Assembly (NCBI GenBank): GCA_025358455.1
Contig: JANYJP010000133.1
Span: 10,852 to 74,851 of the forward strand
DNA length: 64,000 bases
From: Bacteroidales bacterium
GTDB taxonomy: Bacteria > Bacteroidota > Bacteroidia > Bacteroidales > VadinHA17
Direction of reading: 5' to 3'
In this document: positions 18,950-27,946 of the stretch, one piece after another
Layout of the letters: the number at the start of each line of letters is the position of its first letter
Numbering within the stretch: the stretch's first letter is position 1
Translations under genes and position numbers: made by a program
The notes under the pieces: generated by a model
Seen by the model: only the letters and a program-made list of their open reading frames with translations
The model's database searches: none
Told to the model about the DNA's origin: nothing

Positions 18950-20440
18950 ATGACAACTAACCGTCGTAATTTCCTAAAGACAGCAACATTTGCCGGAGCC
19001 GGGGCTATGGCCGGCGGTTTAATTTCCAGCTGTGCACCGAAACAAACTGAATCAAATCTTGCCACTATTCTTGAATCAGTGAAAAGACCTCATACACAGA
19101 AGTTTAATATGTCTGGATATGCTGCTCCTGCAATCCCGGTTGTCAGAATTGGAATTATCGGACTTGGCGACAGGGGAAGTGGAGCCGTTGAAAGGTTATC
19201 TTATATCGAAGGAGTAGAAATTAAAGCTCTGTGTGATAAGAGAGAGGTTGCAGTAAAAGAATCACAGAAATATCTTAATAAAATAGGCAGGCCTGCCGCA
19301 CAGGAATTTTATGGTTCTGAGGATGGATGGAAGAAACTTGTTGAACTTCCTGATCTGGATCTGATCTACACCTGTACTCCATGGGTTTTACACACACCTA
19401 TATCAGTCTATTCGATGGAACATGGAAAACATATTGCCTGTGAAGTTCCTATAGCAAGAACGATTGATGAATCGTGGCAGTTGGTAGAGACCTCAGAAAG
19501 AACAAAAAAGCACTGTATGATGCTTGAGAACTGCTGCTATGATTTCTTTGAACTTCTTACTCTGAATATGGCGCGACAGGGAATGTTTGGTGATATAATT
19601 CATGGGGAGGGTGCATATATTCACAACCTTATGGGCTACAATTTCAAGAAGCCTCTCAACGACCAGCAATCTGACGGCGCATATACCGATATGTGGAGAC
19701 TGAAAGAAAATGCTACCCGTAATGGTAATCTTTATCCTACTCATGGACTGGGTCCGATCTGTCAGGTACAGAATATAAACAGGGGTGATAAGATGGAATA
19801 TCTATCATCAATGTCAACAATTGATTATACTATGGGGCCAAGGGAAAAGGATCTTGTTGCTAACGATTCATTTTATGCTGAATGGAAAGATTCAAAGTTC
19901 CGTGGAAATATGAATACAACGATGGTAAAAACTTCACTTGGAAAGACAATAATGGTACAGCACGATGTTTCGTCCACTCAACCATACTCAAGAATACACC
20001 TGGTAAAAGGCACTCAGGGTATGGCCCGTAAATACCCTGAAGAACTCATTGCATTAGGTGAAAGCTGGGCCACCGGTGATGAAATGAAAACAATTCTTGA
20101 AAAATTCACACCTGAAATTGTTAAAAGAGTAGGGGAGCAGGCTAAAAAAGTTGGCGGCCACGGAGGAATGGACTTTATTATGGACTGGCGATTAATGGAT
20201 TGCCTGCGGAACGGGTTGCCTCTTGATCAGGATGTATACGATGGGGCCCTCTGGAGTTCAATTGCCCCATTGAGTGAATGGTCGGTTGCAAACAGGTCAC
20301 AGTCAATTGATGTTCCGGACTTTACCGGAGGCTCATGGAAAACTAATGTTCCTCATGGTATTAATCTTGAAACAGGAGGAACTACAAAAGTTCTTGAGAT
20401 TCCCGAGGCTAAGGAAGAGATGCAATTAAATGTTAAATAA
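18950..20440 (+). CDS. TAT-exported Gfo/Idh/MocA oxidoreductase, GH109-like
   Basis: Twin-arginine signal (NRRNFLKTATFAGAGA) and a Rossmann motif (IGIIGLGDRGSG). Length and C-terminal region are typical of NAD-dependent glycosidase-like family members. Confidence 0.75.
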   Translation: MTTNRRNFLKTATFAGAGAMAGGLISSCAPKQTESNLATILESVKRPHTQKFNMSGYAAPAIPVVRIGIIGLGDRGSGAVERLSYIEGVEIKALCDKREVAVKESQKYLNKIGRPAAQEFYGSEDGWKKLVELPDLDLIYTCTPWVLHTPISVYSMEHGKHIACEVPIARTIDESWQLVETSERTKKHCMMLENCCYDFFELLTLNMARQGMFGDIIHGEGAYIHNLMGYNFKKPLNDQQSDGAYTDMWRLKENATRNGNLYPTHGLGPICQVQNINRGDKMEYLSSMSTIDYTMGPREKDLVANDSFYAEWKDSKFRGNMNTTMVKTSLGKTIMVQHDVSSTQPYSRIHLVKGTQGMARKYPEELIALGESWATGDEMKTILEKFTPEIVKRVGEQAKKVGGHGGMDFIMDWRLMDCLRNGLPLDQDVYDGALWSSIAPLSEWSVANRSQSIDVPDFTGGSWKTNVPHGINLETGGTTKVLEIPEAKEEMQLNVK

Positions 20441-20640
20441 TCATATTTTCAATCCGATAACCAATACATCATCGACCTGGGAGAAATCACCCTTCCATTT
20501 TATGAGTTCGCTTTCAAGTTTTTCTTTTTGTTCCATTTAATTCATTTTTCCTGATAAGATAAAGATTATTGTGCGCACCTGAATACTGAATGGAATTCCC
20601 CTTCTTATTTATTACGCAAATGGGAATATCCATACCATCC
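20441..20640 (-). pseudogene. relic of a PP2C/SpoIIE-type phosphatase domain gene
   Basis: Minus-strand fragments DGMDIPICVINKKGNSIQYSGAHNNLYLIRKNEL and ...WKGDFSQVDDVLVIGLKI* lie in two different frames only ~10 codons apart. In intact homologues these motifs are >100 aa apart. There is no N-terminal part. Confidence 0.45.
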
Positions 20641-20767
20641 TTTGCTTCATCTGATCAGCTAAATAAAGATGTTTTGAAAAAAATTGTTAGTTTATAAAAT
20701 ATACGAACTAGTAAATATATTAAAAATGATATGCTACATTTAAGTCTTCATATCAAAAACTTCAACT

Positions 20768-22189
20768 TTAAAGAAGGTTTTTTACAGCTTCCTGAATAAG
20801 ATTAATCATCCCTGATGGAGGATTTATTCCTAAATAAAATACCAGCGCTAAAAGAAAATACTGAGTCAATGTTTCTGAAGGATTTGGTTTTTCCTGAGCA
20901 GGAAGCAGATCTTTCGTCTGGTTAAACAAGATATATAAAAAGTTTTTTGCCAGGCTGTACATTGCAATTGAAAGAAAGAACAATACCAGTATAAAAATGA
21001 AGATGTGTTCAGATGTAAACAAAGCTTTAAATATCCAGAATTCAGTTACAAATAAACCAGATGGAGGCATAGCCGTTATTGAAATTAGTATCAATAGAAA
21101 GACCAGAGCCCCGGGCAGATTTCTGTTAAAGTAATTTCCGGTTTCATTGATCATATACGTTTTGAAATTGCGGTGAAACTGGTCAATCTGATAGAAAACG
21201 CTCGCTTTCACAAATGAGTGAAGTATCATATGAAAAATAGCTGCAAAGTAGCCTATGCCTCCTGAAGCGATCCCTATTGCTGCCAGGCCCATGTGTTCAA
21301 TGCTTGAATAGGCGCTCATCCGTTTCAGATGAGTCACTTTTAACAGATAAGCTGCTGAAACAATTATGGAAATCAGGCCGCATAAAAATAATATAGTGTT
21401 CATCCATGGCAGGATAGATGTATGAGCAAAAATTGAATAAGTGCGAAAGATGGAAACGAATCCTACATTCATCAGTGTGGTTGAAATAAATGCGCTTATA
21501 GGAGGAGGAGCCACAGTATGTGCGTCAATTGCGGCGGTGTGCATCGGGAAAAGACCCATCTTTGTACAAAAGCCGACTATCATAAAAAGAAAAATCATTT
21601 TCAGCCATGATGTATTTACACGAAGCAACTGAGCCGGAATTGCATTAAATGAGAAATTGGTTATTTCTGTTTCACCAATGGCAATACTTAACAGGATGAT
21701 ACCGATAAAAGTTATTGTTATTCCAATGGAACATATAAATACATATTTCCATGTTGCTTCAAGAGAAAGTGGAGTCCGTTCATGATATATTAACACTGCG
21801 ACACTCAGTGTAGTCAATTCAATAAAAACCCACATTACCCCAAGGTGTGAAGCCAGATAGGCACAAGTCATTACAATTATCAGCATAATCAACGCTGCAA
21901 AGTAAAAGCTTTGAGAACGGCTGCTGTCTTTCCTGTGCTTAAGATAGATGAAGCTATGATAAAAAGTTGTAAAACTTAATATTGTAAGCACACACAAAAA
22001 TATAACCCCAAGAGCATCGGATTTAAAATATCCGGAACTTATTTCATTCAGATGAAAGTATGCGTAAACGGTAATGGCTGTTTGTACGGCCAAAAACGTG
22101 CTAAGTAGAATAATGCGAACCATACAGTTTCGGTTGAGCATTGAAACTATTCCTATCAGAAAACCTATAATAAGATAATAACCAAACAT
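20768..22189 (-). CDS. HyfF / NuoN-like antiporter-type membrane subunit (Ehr-like, copy 1)
   Basis: Proton_antipo_M-type polytopic protein. About 14 TM helices. Conserved FIELTTLS, TKMGLFPMH and HSFVKA motifs. Confidence 0.8.
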   Translation of the reverse strand: MFGYYLIIGFLIGIVSMLNRNCMVRIILLSTFLAVQTAITVYAYFHLNEISSGYFKSDALGVIFLCVLTILSFTTFYHSFIYLKHRKDSSRSQSFYFAALIMLIIVMTCAYLASHLGVMWVFIELTTLSVAVLIYHERTPLSLEATWKYVFICSIGITITFIGIILLSIAIGETEITNFSFNAIPAQLLRVNTSWLKMIFLFMIVGFCTKMGLFPMHTAAIDAHTVAPPPISAFISTTLMNVGFVSIFRTYSIFAHTSILPWMNTILFLCGLISIIVSAAYLLKVTHLKRMSAYSSIEHMGLAAIGIASGGIGYFAAIFHMILHSFVKASVFYQIDQFHRNFKTYMINETGNYFNRNLPGALVFLLILISITAMPPSGLFVTEFWIFKALFTSEHIFIFILVLFFLSIAMYSLAKNFLYILFNQTKDLLPAQEKPNPSETLTQYFLLALVFYLGINPPSGMINLIQEAVKNLL

Positions 22190-22194
22190 TTATA

Positions 22195-22824
22195 CTAATC
22201 CTTTAAATTGGTTAAGTTATCAACATTCATCTCCTCAAAGGTGTTCCCTATCCGGTTTACAAAAACACCCAGGACAAGCACACTTACAAATATGTCAAGC
22301 GTTATTCCTGAATTCACAAGCATTGGCATTTTGTTACCTGCCGAAAGGGATAAAATGAATACTCCGTTTTCTATTACCAGGTAACCCATTATATGGGTAA
22401 TAATCTTTTTTCGGGTGATGATAATAAACAACCCTGATAACAATGCAGAAATTGCTACTAAAAAGAACATTTTACGGATATGTACACCGGTTATAATATT
22501 TGACAAAATGAAGGACCCGAGCAGGAAGCAGGTTATAATAACAACAGAAAGAAAATCAGGCAGATAAGGTTGTGCTTCCCTGACGATATTATTCTTTTTA
22601 ATAACATAATTCAGAAATAACGGAATAGCAAGAGTTTTAAAAACAATTGTCTCAAATAAAATAAAAATCAGGTTGATAGTATTGATCTGGATAAGTTCAA
22701 TGAATGATACTCCAAAAAGAATGATTCCCTGCACTGCAAGTATGTTAATATAGGTAGAAAGTCTGTTTGCAATTCCCATGTAAATAAGGCTGATGGCAAA
22801 TGTTATAAGCAGAATATTGACCAT
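22195..22824 (-). CDS. HyfE-like small membrane subunit (copy 1)
   Basis: 209-aa polytopic protein, paralogous to 30883-31515. It occupies the HyfE position between the HyfC-like and HyfF-like genes. Confidence 0.7.
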   Translation of the reverse strand: MVNILLITFAISLIYMGIANRLSTYINILAVQGIILFGVSFIELIQINTINLIFILFETIVFKTLAIPLFLNYVIKKNNIVREAQPYLPDFLSVVIITCFLLGSFILSNIITGVHIRKMFFLVAISALLSGLFIIITRKKIITHIMGYLVIENGVFILSLSAGNKMPMLVNSGITLDIFVSVLVLGVFVNRIGNTFEEMNVDNLTNLKD

Positions 22825-22838
22825 TTATGATTCTCTTG

Positions 22839-23753
22839 TTAAAAATATTTACCCAATATCAGGAGCACAGCAAAAAATATTAATAGCGAAATAGAACTAA
22901 TAGTGAAAATGAACTGAGGATTATGATTCATCCTGAACCTGGCAATGAAGGATTCTAAAGTTCCAACGACAACAGCAAAAAGAGCCTGTACTCCAATAAA
23001 AATTGGAATGGAATAGTACCATTCTCTTCCCGGTGTAAGAAAAAAGTTAGCTATTAAAGCCCCGTACATGGCAAATTTCAGATTGGTGGCATGAAGGATG
23101 AGTCCAAGATCAAATCCACTGTTGTCAAGGACCATAACCTCATGAATCATAGTCAGCTCAAGATGTGTCTTCGGGTCATCAACAGGCATCCGGCTGTTTT
23201 CGATCATAGCAATTAAAACCAGGACGAATGAAGCCAAGATCCCTATAGCGTAGGAAATATACGAACCAAACTGGATGCCACTAAAAATATCTGCGAAGGA
23301 ACTATATCCGGTAAGAAGAGCCAGTGAACCCATAAGAATGAAGAATGCGGGTTCGGCAAGAAAAGAATACAATGCTTCACGACTGGCTCCCATACCTTCA
23401 AAACTGCTACCGGTATCTAAAGCGCCGATAATACTGAAAAATTTGCCTACAGCCAGTATATAGGCAAAAAACACAAAATCACCATCAAACGAGAATATTC
23501 CTTTCTGATTTCCAAAAGGAATTAGCATGATAGCAATCAATACTGAAGCAAAATAAATATCAGGGGCAATTTTAAAAATAAAACTTGTAGTCTGGCTGTA
23601 CACATTTTCTTTCCGTAATAATCGCCAGATATCTTTCATGGGCTGAAAGATGCCGGGACCCTTTCTGCCTGAGAAAATGCTTTTTGTCCGGATGACTATT
23701 CCTAGGAAGAAGAAGCTTGTTATAATGATAAGAATAAAAACTAACCCGGCCAT
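22839..23753 (-). CDS. HyfC / HycD / NuoH-like membrane subunit (copy 1)
   Basis: NADHdh-family pattern including ENSRMPVDDPKTHLELTMIHEVMVLDNSG. 304 aa. Confidence 0.8.
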   Translation of the reverse strand: MAGLVFILIIITSFFFLGIVIRTKSIFSGRKGPGIFQPMKDIWRLLRKENVYSQTTSFIFKIAPDIYFASVLIAIMLIPFGNQKGIFSFDGDFVFFAYILAVGKFFSIIGALDTGSSFEGMGASREALYSFLAEPAFFILMGSLALLTGYSSFADIFSGIQFGSYISYAIGILASFVLVLIAMIENSRMPVDDPKTHLELTMIHEVMVLDNSGFDLGLILHATNLKFAMYGALIANFFLTPGREWYYSIPIFIGVQALFAVVVGTLESFIARFRMNHNPQFIFTISSISLLIFFAVLLILGKYF

Positions 23754-23754
23754 A

Positions 23755-25797
23755 TTACATCTGTTTTATAAGGTTAAACAAATAAGCCGCTATACCACTT
23801 AAAAGCGAAATAATCATGATGATAAATATGAAAATCACCCCGTATAATATATAATAACGCATATTCCCGTTTTGAATAAACCGGACACGCGCCATTATTT
23901 TATTCATGATTTTCAATGGAAAATCAACAAAGGCAGCTTCAATCTTATCATAAGGATGTGTCTCGGAATGAATCGGACTTGAAAATACTCCTTTTATATC
24001 TCCCTCCTTTTTATTCATTAACAGAAACGGTCTAATCAGCTTTCTGTATGAGCGTACATATGAGCTGGCGGTGTATTGCATTTTACTGTTAGGTGCAACA
24101 TAACCGCAAGCCCAGGTTGGTGTTATAACCTCTTTTTTATTACGAAGAACAAATCGTTTTATTGTCGCTATCAATGCAATTGCTAGTATAAATGCCCAGG
24201 TTACCAGGCTTATCGACCGAAGATTATTGCCGATCATTACTGCCGGGAACCCATCCTTTAAACCGGATGTAAATAAACTTACCGGGTTGGTCAGGAGCTT
24301 TAAGATAAGCTGAGGAAACAGTCCGATAAAAATAATAAATATGACTATAAGATAACCAGGAAATAGTTTTGATTTTTCTGCTTCCTTAATATCATTATCG
24401 AACTGGCTTCTTGCCTCTCCAAGAAATATAATGCCAAAAGCCTTTGTAAAACACAGAAGCGCCAGACCTCCTATCAGAGCAAGTCCGGCAATACATAAAA
24501 TACAAAATGTAGTAATTGATAAAGATCCCGAATGGACACCTTCAAAAAGGCCAAGGTAGATCAAAAACTCTGAAACAAATCCATTGAATGGCGGCAGGCC
24601 GCAGATAGCCATAGCGGAAACAAGGAACAGGAAAGCTGTATGTGGCATTTTTTTGATCAAACCTCCCATACTGTCGATATTTAATGTATGAATTGCCTGA
24701 TAAACTGTTCCGGCCCCGTAAAACAATAATGATTTAAACAACGAATGGTTAAGCACATGCAATAATGCCCCTGCAAAACCGGCAAAAGCCAGGTACGGGT
24801 TTTTTATTCCAATGCCAATCGCCCCGATTCCGATTCCGATTCCGATAATGCCAATATTTTCAATACTATGATATGCAAGCAATTTCTTTAGATTATGCTG
24901 AATAATAGCCAATACCACACCATACACCCCGGATATTATTGAAATAGTTAAAATAATATATCCGATAGTCAGGTAATTCTGGTTCACTAATAGAAGCATT
25001 CTTAAAATACCGAAAATACCCAGCTTGATCATGACCCCCGACATTACTCCTGAAACATGAGCTGGTGCCACAGGATGGGCATATGGAAGCCATGTATGGA
25101 AAGGTACAAAACCAGCTTTAATTGCAAAACCGATAAAAAAACACAGGTACAGGGTAAGGCTAATCAAAGGTGATACTGACGCGCTGTATGCGGTAATTGT
25201 GTTAAAGTCATATGACCCCGTATGCGAACTGATCCATATAAGCCCAATGGTAAGTAATAAAATGCATATATGCGATTGTATCAGGAAGTTGACCGCTGCT
25301 CTTAAAGTTTCCGGTTTTTTGTATTCAAAAATAACCATTATAAACGTCGACAGAGCCATAATTTCCCAGTCATAAAGAAATGCAAGACTGTTCTGTATGG
25401 CAAAAATTCCAATCATACTTGCATGATTGATAATAAAACATACAAAATGCAATGGGATCATTCCGGACTTATTTTCATATTGCTTCATGTAACGCCTGCC
25501 ATAAAGTATGCCGGTAAGAACAGTGAAGTTCATCATTAAAATAAACCAGCCTGAAAGAGCATCTATCCTTATTGGAATTTCGCCAAAAACAGGACCCCCA
25601 TGTATAATTTCAATGTAAGAGTGTCCTAAAACGGCATTGACAGCAACCCATGAACTAATTCCTGCATTAATTATTACGGCGCCAAGAGCAATGTTACCTG
25701 ACCATGCCTCTTTGGAAAAGCTGATAAACAGTATAAATAATGCAGTTACTAAAAGTATGCAGATACTCAAACTCATTTGTGAATGGTAAAATTTCAA
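23755..25797 (-). CDS. HyfB / NuoL-like antiporter-type membrane subunit (copy 1)
   Basis: 680 aa. Motifs WEIMALS, IKAGFVPFHTWLPYAHP and NHSLFKSLLF. The true start may be the internal MSLSICILL. Confidence 0.85.
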   Translation of the reverse strand: MKFYHSQMSLSICILLVTALFILFISFSKEAWSGNIALGAVIINAGISSWVAVNAVLGHSYIEIIHGGPVFGEIPIRIDALSGWFILMMNFTVLTGILYGRRYMKQYENKSGMIPLHFVCFIINHASMIGIFAIQNSLAFLYDWEIMALSTFIMVIFEYKKPETLRAAVNFLIQSHICILLLTIGLIWISSHTGSYDFNTITAYSASVSPLISLTLYLCFFIGFAIKAGFVPFHTWLPYAHPVAPAHVSGVMSGVMIKLGIFGILRMLLLVNQNYLTIGYIILTISIISGVYGVVLAIIQHNLKKLLAYHSIENIGIIGIGIGIGAIGIGIKNPYLAFAGFAGALLHVLNHSLFKSLLFYGAGTVYQAIHTLNIDSMGGLIKKMPHTAFLFLVSAMAICGLPPFNGFVSEFLIYLGLFEGVHSGSLSITTFCILCIAGLALIGGLALLCFTKAFGIIFLGEARSQFDNDIKEAEKSKLFPGYLIVIFIIFIGLFPQLILKLLTNPVSLFTSGLKDGFPAVMIGNNLRSISLVTWAFILAIALIATIKRFVLRNKKEVITPTWACGYVAPNSKMQYTASSYVRSYRKLIRPFLLMNKKEGDIKGVFSSPIHSETHPYDKIEAAFVDFPLKIMNKIMARVRFIQNGNMRYYILYGVIFIFIIMIISLLSGIAAYLFNLIKQM

Positions 25798-25921
25798 TAA
25801 GATAAAAGTCGCAAATGCAACTTTTGTAAACTTTCTTAAAAGTATGTAAAGTGGTTGAATAACACAAATTATTTATTAAATTCGCACCCTGTTTAAAACA
25901 GCCGGTTGAACTAATCAAAGC
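25798..25921. promoter_or_regulatory. 124-bp divergent control region shared by the two Hyf/Ehr-like operons
   Basis: This is the only non-coding DNA between the two divergently oriented first genes. It is AT-rich. Specific promoter elements were not confidently identified. Confidence 0.4.
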
Positions 25922-27946
25922 ATGATGTTTTATGAGGGTAAAGAATTAATTGGTCTTTTATTCAGATTATATGTAATAGTCTTGTTTTCAGGGATAATTG
26001 TGCTCCCGTTTATTCCTCTAAGATTTAAGTCAATCATTAGTATCATTTCTGTTTTCCTAATCGCATTAATTACCAGTTTTATTGCCTTAAATGGATTTTC
26101 AGGCGACGGAATTGAATTTTTGGTCAACGGTGGATCATTTTTCGGTGAAATTCCTTTAAGAATTGATGCCCTGGCGGCATGGTTTATTCTGATAATCAAT
26201 TTTACATCTGTTACAGGGGTATTATATGGTGCGGGATATCTTAAATCATCAACTGTTCACCCTTCTGTAATTAGTTTCCATTGGATCTTATATATTGTAT
26301 TTCAATCATCGATGCTGATAGTGTGCATGGTGCAGCACAGTATAGCATTCATACTGGCGTGGGAGGTTATGTCGTTGTCGTCATTATTCCTTGTGTTATT
26401 TGATTATACGAATCCTAAAGTGCTTAAAGCAGGAATAAACTATCTTGTTCAGATGCATCTGAGTGTAGTTCTCTTAACAGTTGCATTTATCTGGGTTTAT
26501 TTCAAAACCGGCACTTTCGACTTTAAAGGTATAAGTGTATTTTTTGGGTCGAACCCGAACATCTGGCTATTCTTGTTATTCTTCACCGGATTCGGTTTGA
26601 AGGCTGGATTTATTGGATTACATACCTGGTTGCCGCAAGCCCATCCTGCTGCTCCATCACACATTTCAGGAGTTATGTCAGGGGTTATTGTTAAAATGGG
26701 GATTTTTGGTATTTTCAGGATAATAGCCTGTCTGAAAGCCGATTATATTATCCTTGGAGAGATTATTATAACGATATCATTATTAACCGGCCTGTTCGGG
26801 ATAATGAATGCTGCTGTTCACAGGGATTTCAAAAAAATGCTGGCCTATTGTACGATAGAAAATATAGGTATAATAGGTATTGGTATCGGCCTTGGACTGA
26901 TAGGTATGGGCACAGGACAGGGTTTATTGAGTTTTCTTGGATTTGGTGGTGCATTACTGCATGTGCTTAACCATTCGTTATTTAAGTCACTTCTCTTCTA
27001 TTCCGCAGGCTCAGTTTACCGGCAGACTCATACCCGCGATATGGATAAACTAGGTGGATTAATAAAGAAGATGCCAAAGAGCGCTTTATTATTTCTTACC
27101 GGTGCCATAGCTATCGGAGGTATCCCTCCACTCAACGGATTTATTTCTGAGTTTTTGATCTATTGCGGGATTCTTAATGGCATAAATTCTGCTGGTATTT
27201 CGCAGATAACTTTAATGGTAATATTATTTGCAGGTCTCAGTATGATAGGTGGCATATCGTTACTTACTTTTACAAAGGCTTTCAGTACTGTCTTTTTGGG
27301 AACACCTCGTCAGGAATTGAAACACGAACCGGTTGAAGTTTCATTGTTAATGCTTTTACCGCAATATTTTATAGTTGCTGCAATGATTATTATCGCTTTT
27401 TTCCCCGGCTATTTTATTGGGATTATTGGAACTGTGCTTAATAATAATACATTCAATAGTGTCAATTTCAATATTCCTGATTTGCAAAGATATATTGGAA
27501 TACTTAAGAATATTAGTCTGGCTTCATTTCTGTTGATTGCAGTTATTGGTTTTGTATTTCTACTCAGATGGTTTTTTACCAGAGGGAGTGAAGTAAAATA
27601 TTCTTCTACATGGGGTTGTGCATATCCTGCAGCCGGAGACCGGATGCAATATACAGGCAAGTCCTTTTCAAAATCATTCGGGAAACTCTTTAATTTTTTA
27701 ATGATTGAGAAGAAGGGGTATGATGAAATCAGACAAGATGAAACTTTTCCTGAGTCACGAAAGTACCGGTCGTTTTATATCGATATTTTTGAAGCTAAAA
27801 TAATAGGTCCGGTGATGCATCAGATTACACGATTTATCAATCTTTTCCAGTTTATTCAGAATGGGAAGATCCAGGCATATGTTATCTATGGTATCGTATT
27901 TATTCTTGCTATCTTTATTGGAACAATTTTAAACCTTTGGCATTGA
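25922..27946 (+). CDS. HyfB / NuoL-like antiporter-type membrane subunit (plus-strand copy B1, most divergent)
   Basis: 674 aa. Motifs WEVMSLS, LKAGFIGLHTWLPQAHP and NHSLFKSLLF. Confidence 0.85.
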   Translation: MMFYEGKELIGLLFRLYVIVLFSGIIVLPFIPLRFKSIISIISVFLIALITSFIALNGFSGDGIEFLVNGGSFFGEIPLRIDALAAWFILIINFTSVTGVLYGAGYLKSSTVHPSVISFHWILYIVFQSSMLIVCMVQHSIAFILAWEVMSLSSLFLVLFDYTNPKVLKAGINYLVQMHLSVVLLTVAFIWVYFKTGTFDFKGISVFFGSNPNIWLFLLFFTGFGLKAGFIGLHTWLPQAHPAAPSHISGVMSGVIVKMGIFGIFRIIACLKADYIILGEIIITISLLTGLFGIMNAAVHRDFKKMLAYCTIENIGIIGIGIGLGLIGMGTGQGLLSFLGFGGALLHVLNHSLFKSLLFYSAGSVYRQTHTRDMDKLGGLIKKMPKSALLFLTGAIAIGGIPPLNGFISEFLIYCGILNGINSAGISQITLMVILFAGLSMIGGISLLTFTKAFSTVFLGTPRQELKHEPVEVSLLMLLPQYFIVAAMIIIAFFPGYFIGIIGTVLNNNTFNSVNFNIPDLQRYIGILKNISLASFLLIAVIGFVFLLRWFFTRGSEVKYSSTWGCAYPAAGDRMQYTGKSFSKSFGKLFNFLMIEKKGYDEIRQDETFPESRKYRSFYIDIFEAKIIGPVMHQITRFINLFQFIQNGKIQAYVIYGIVFILAIFIGTILNLWH

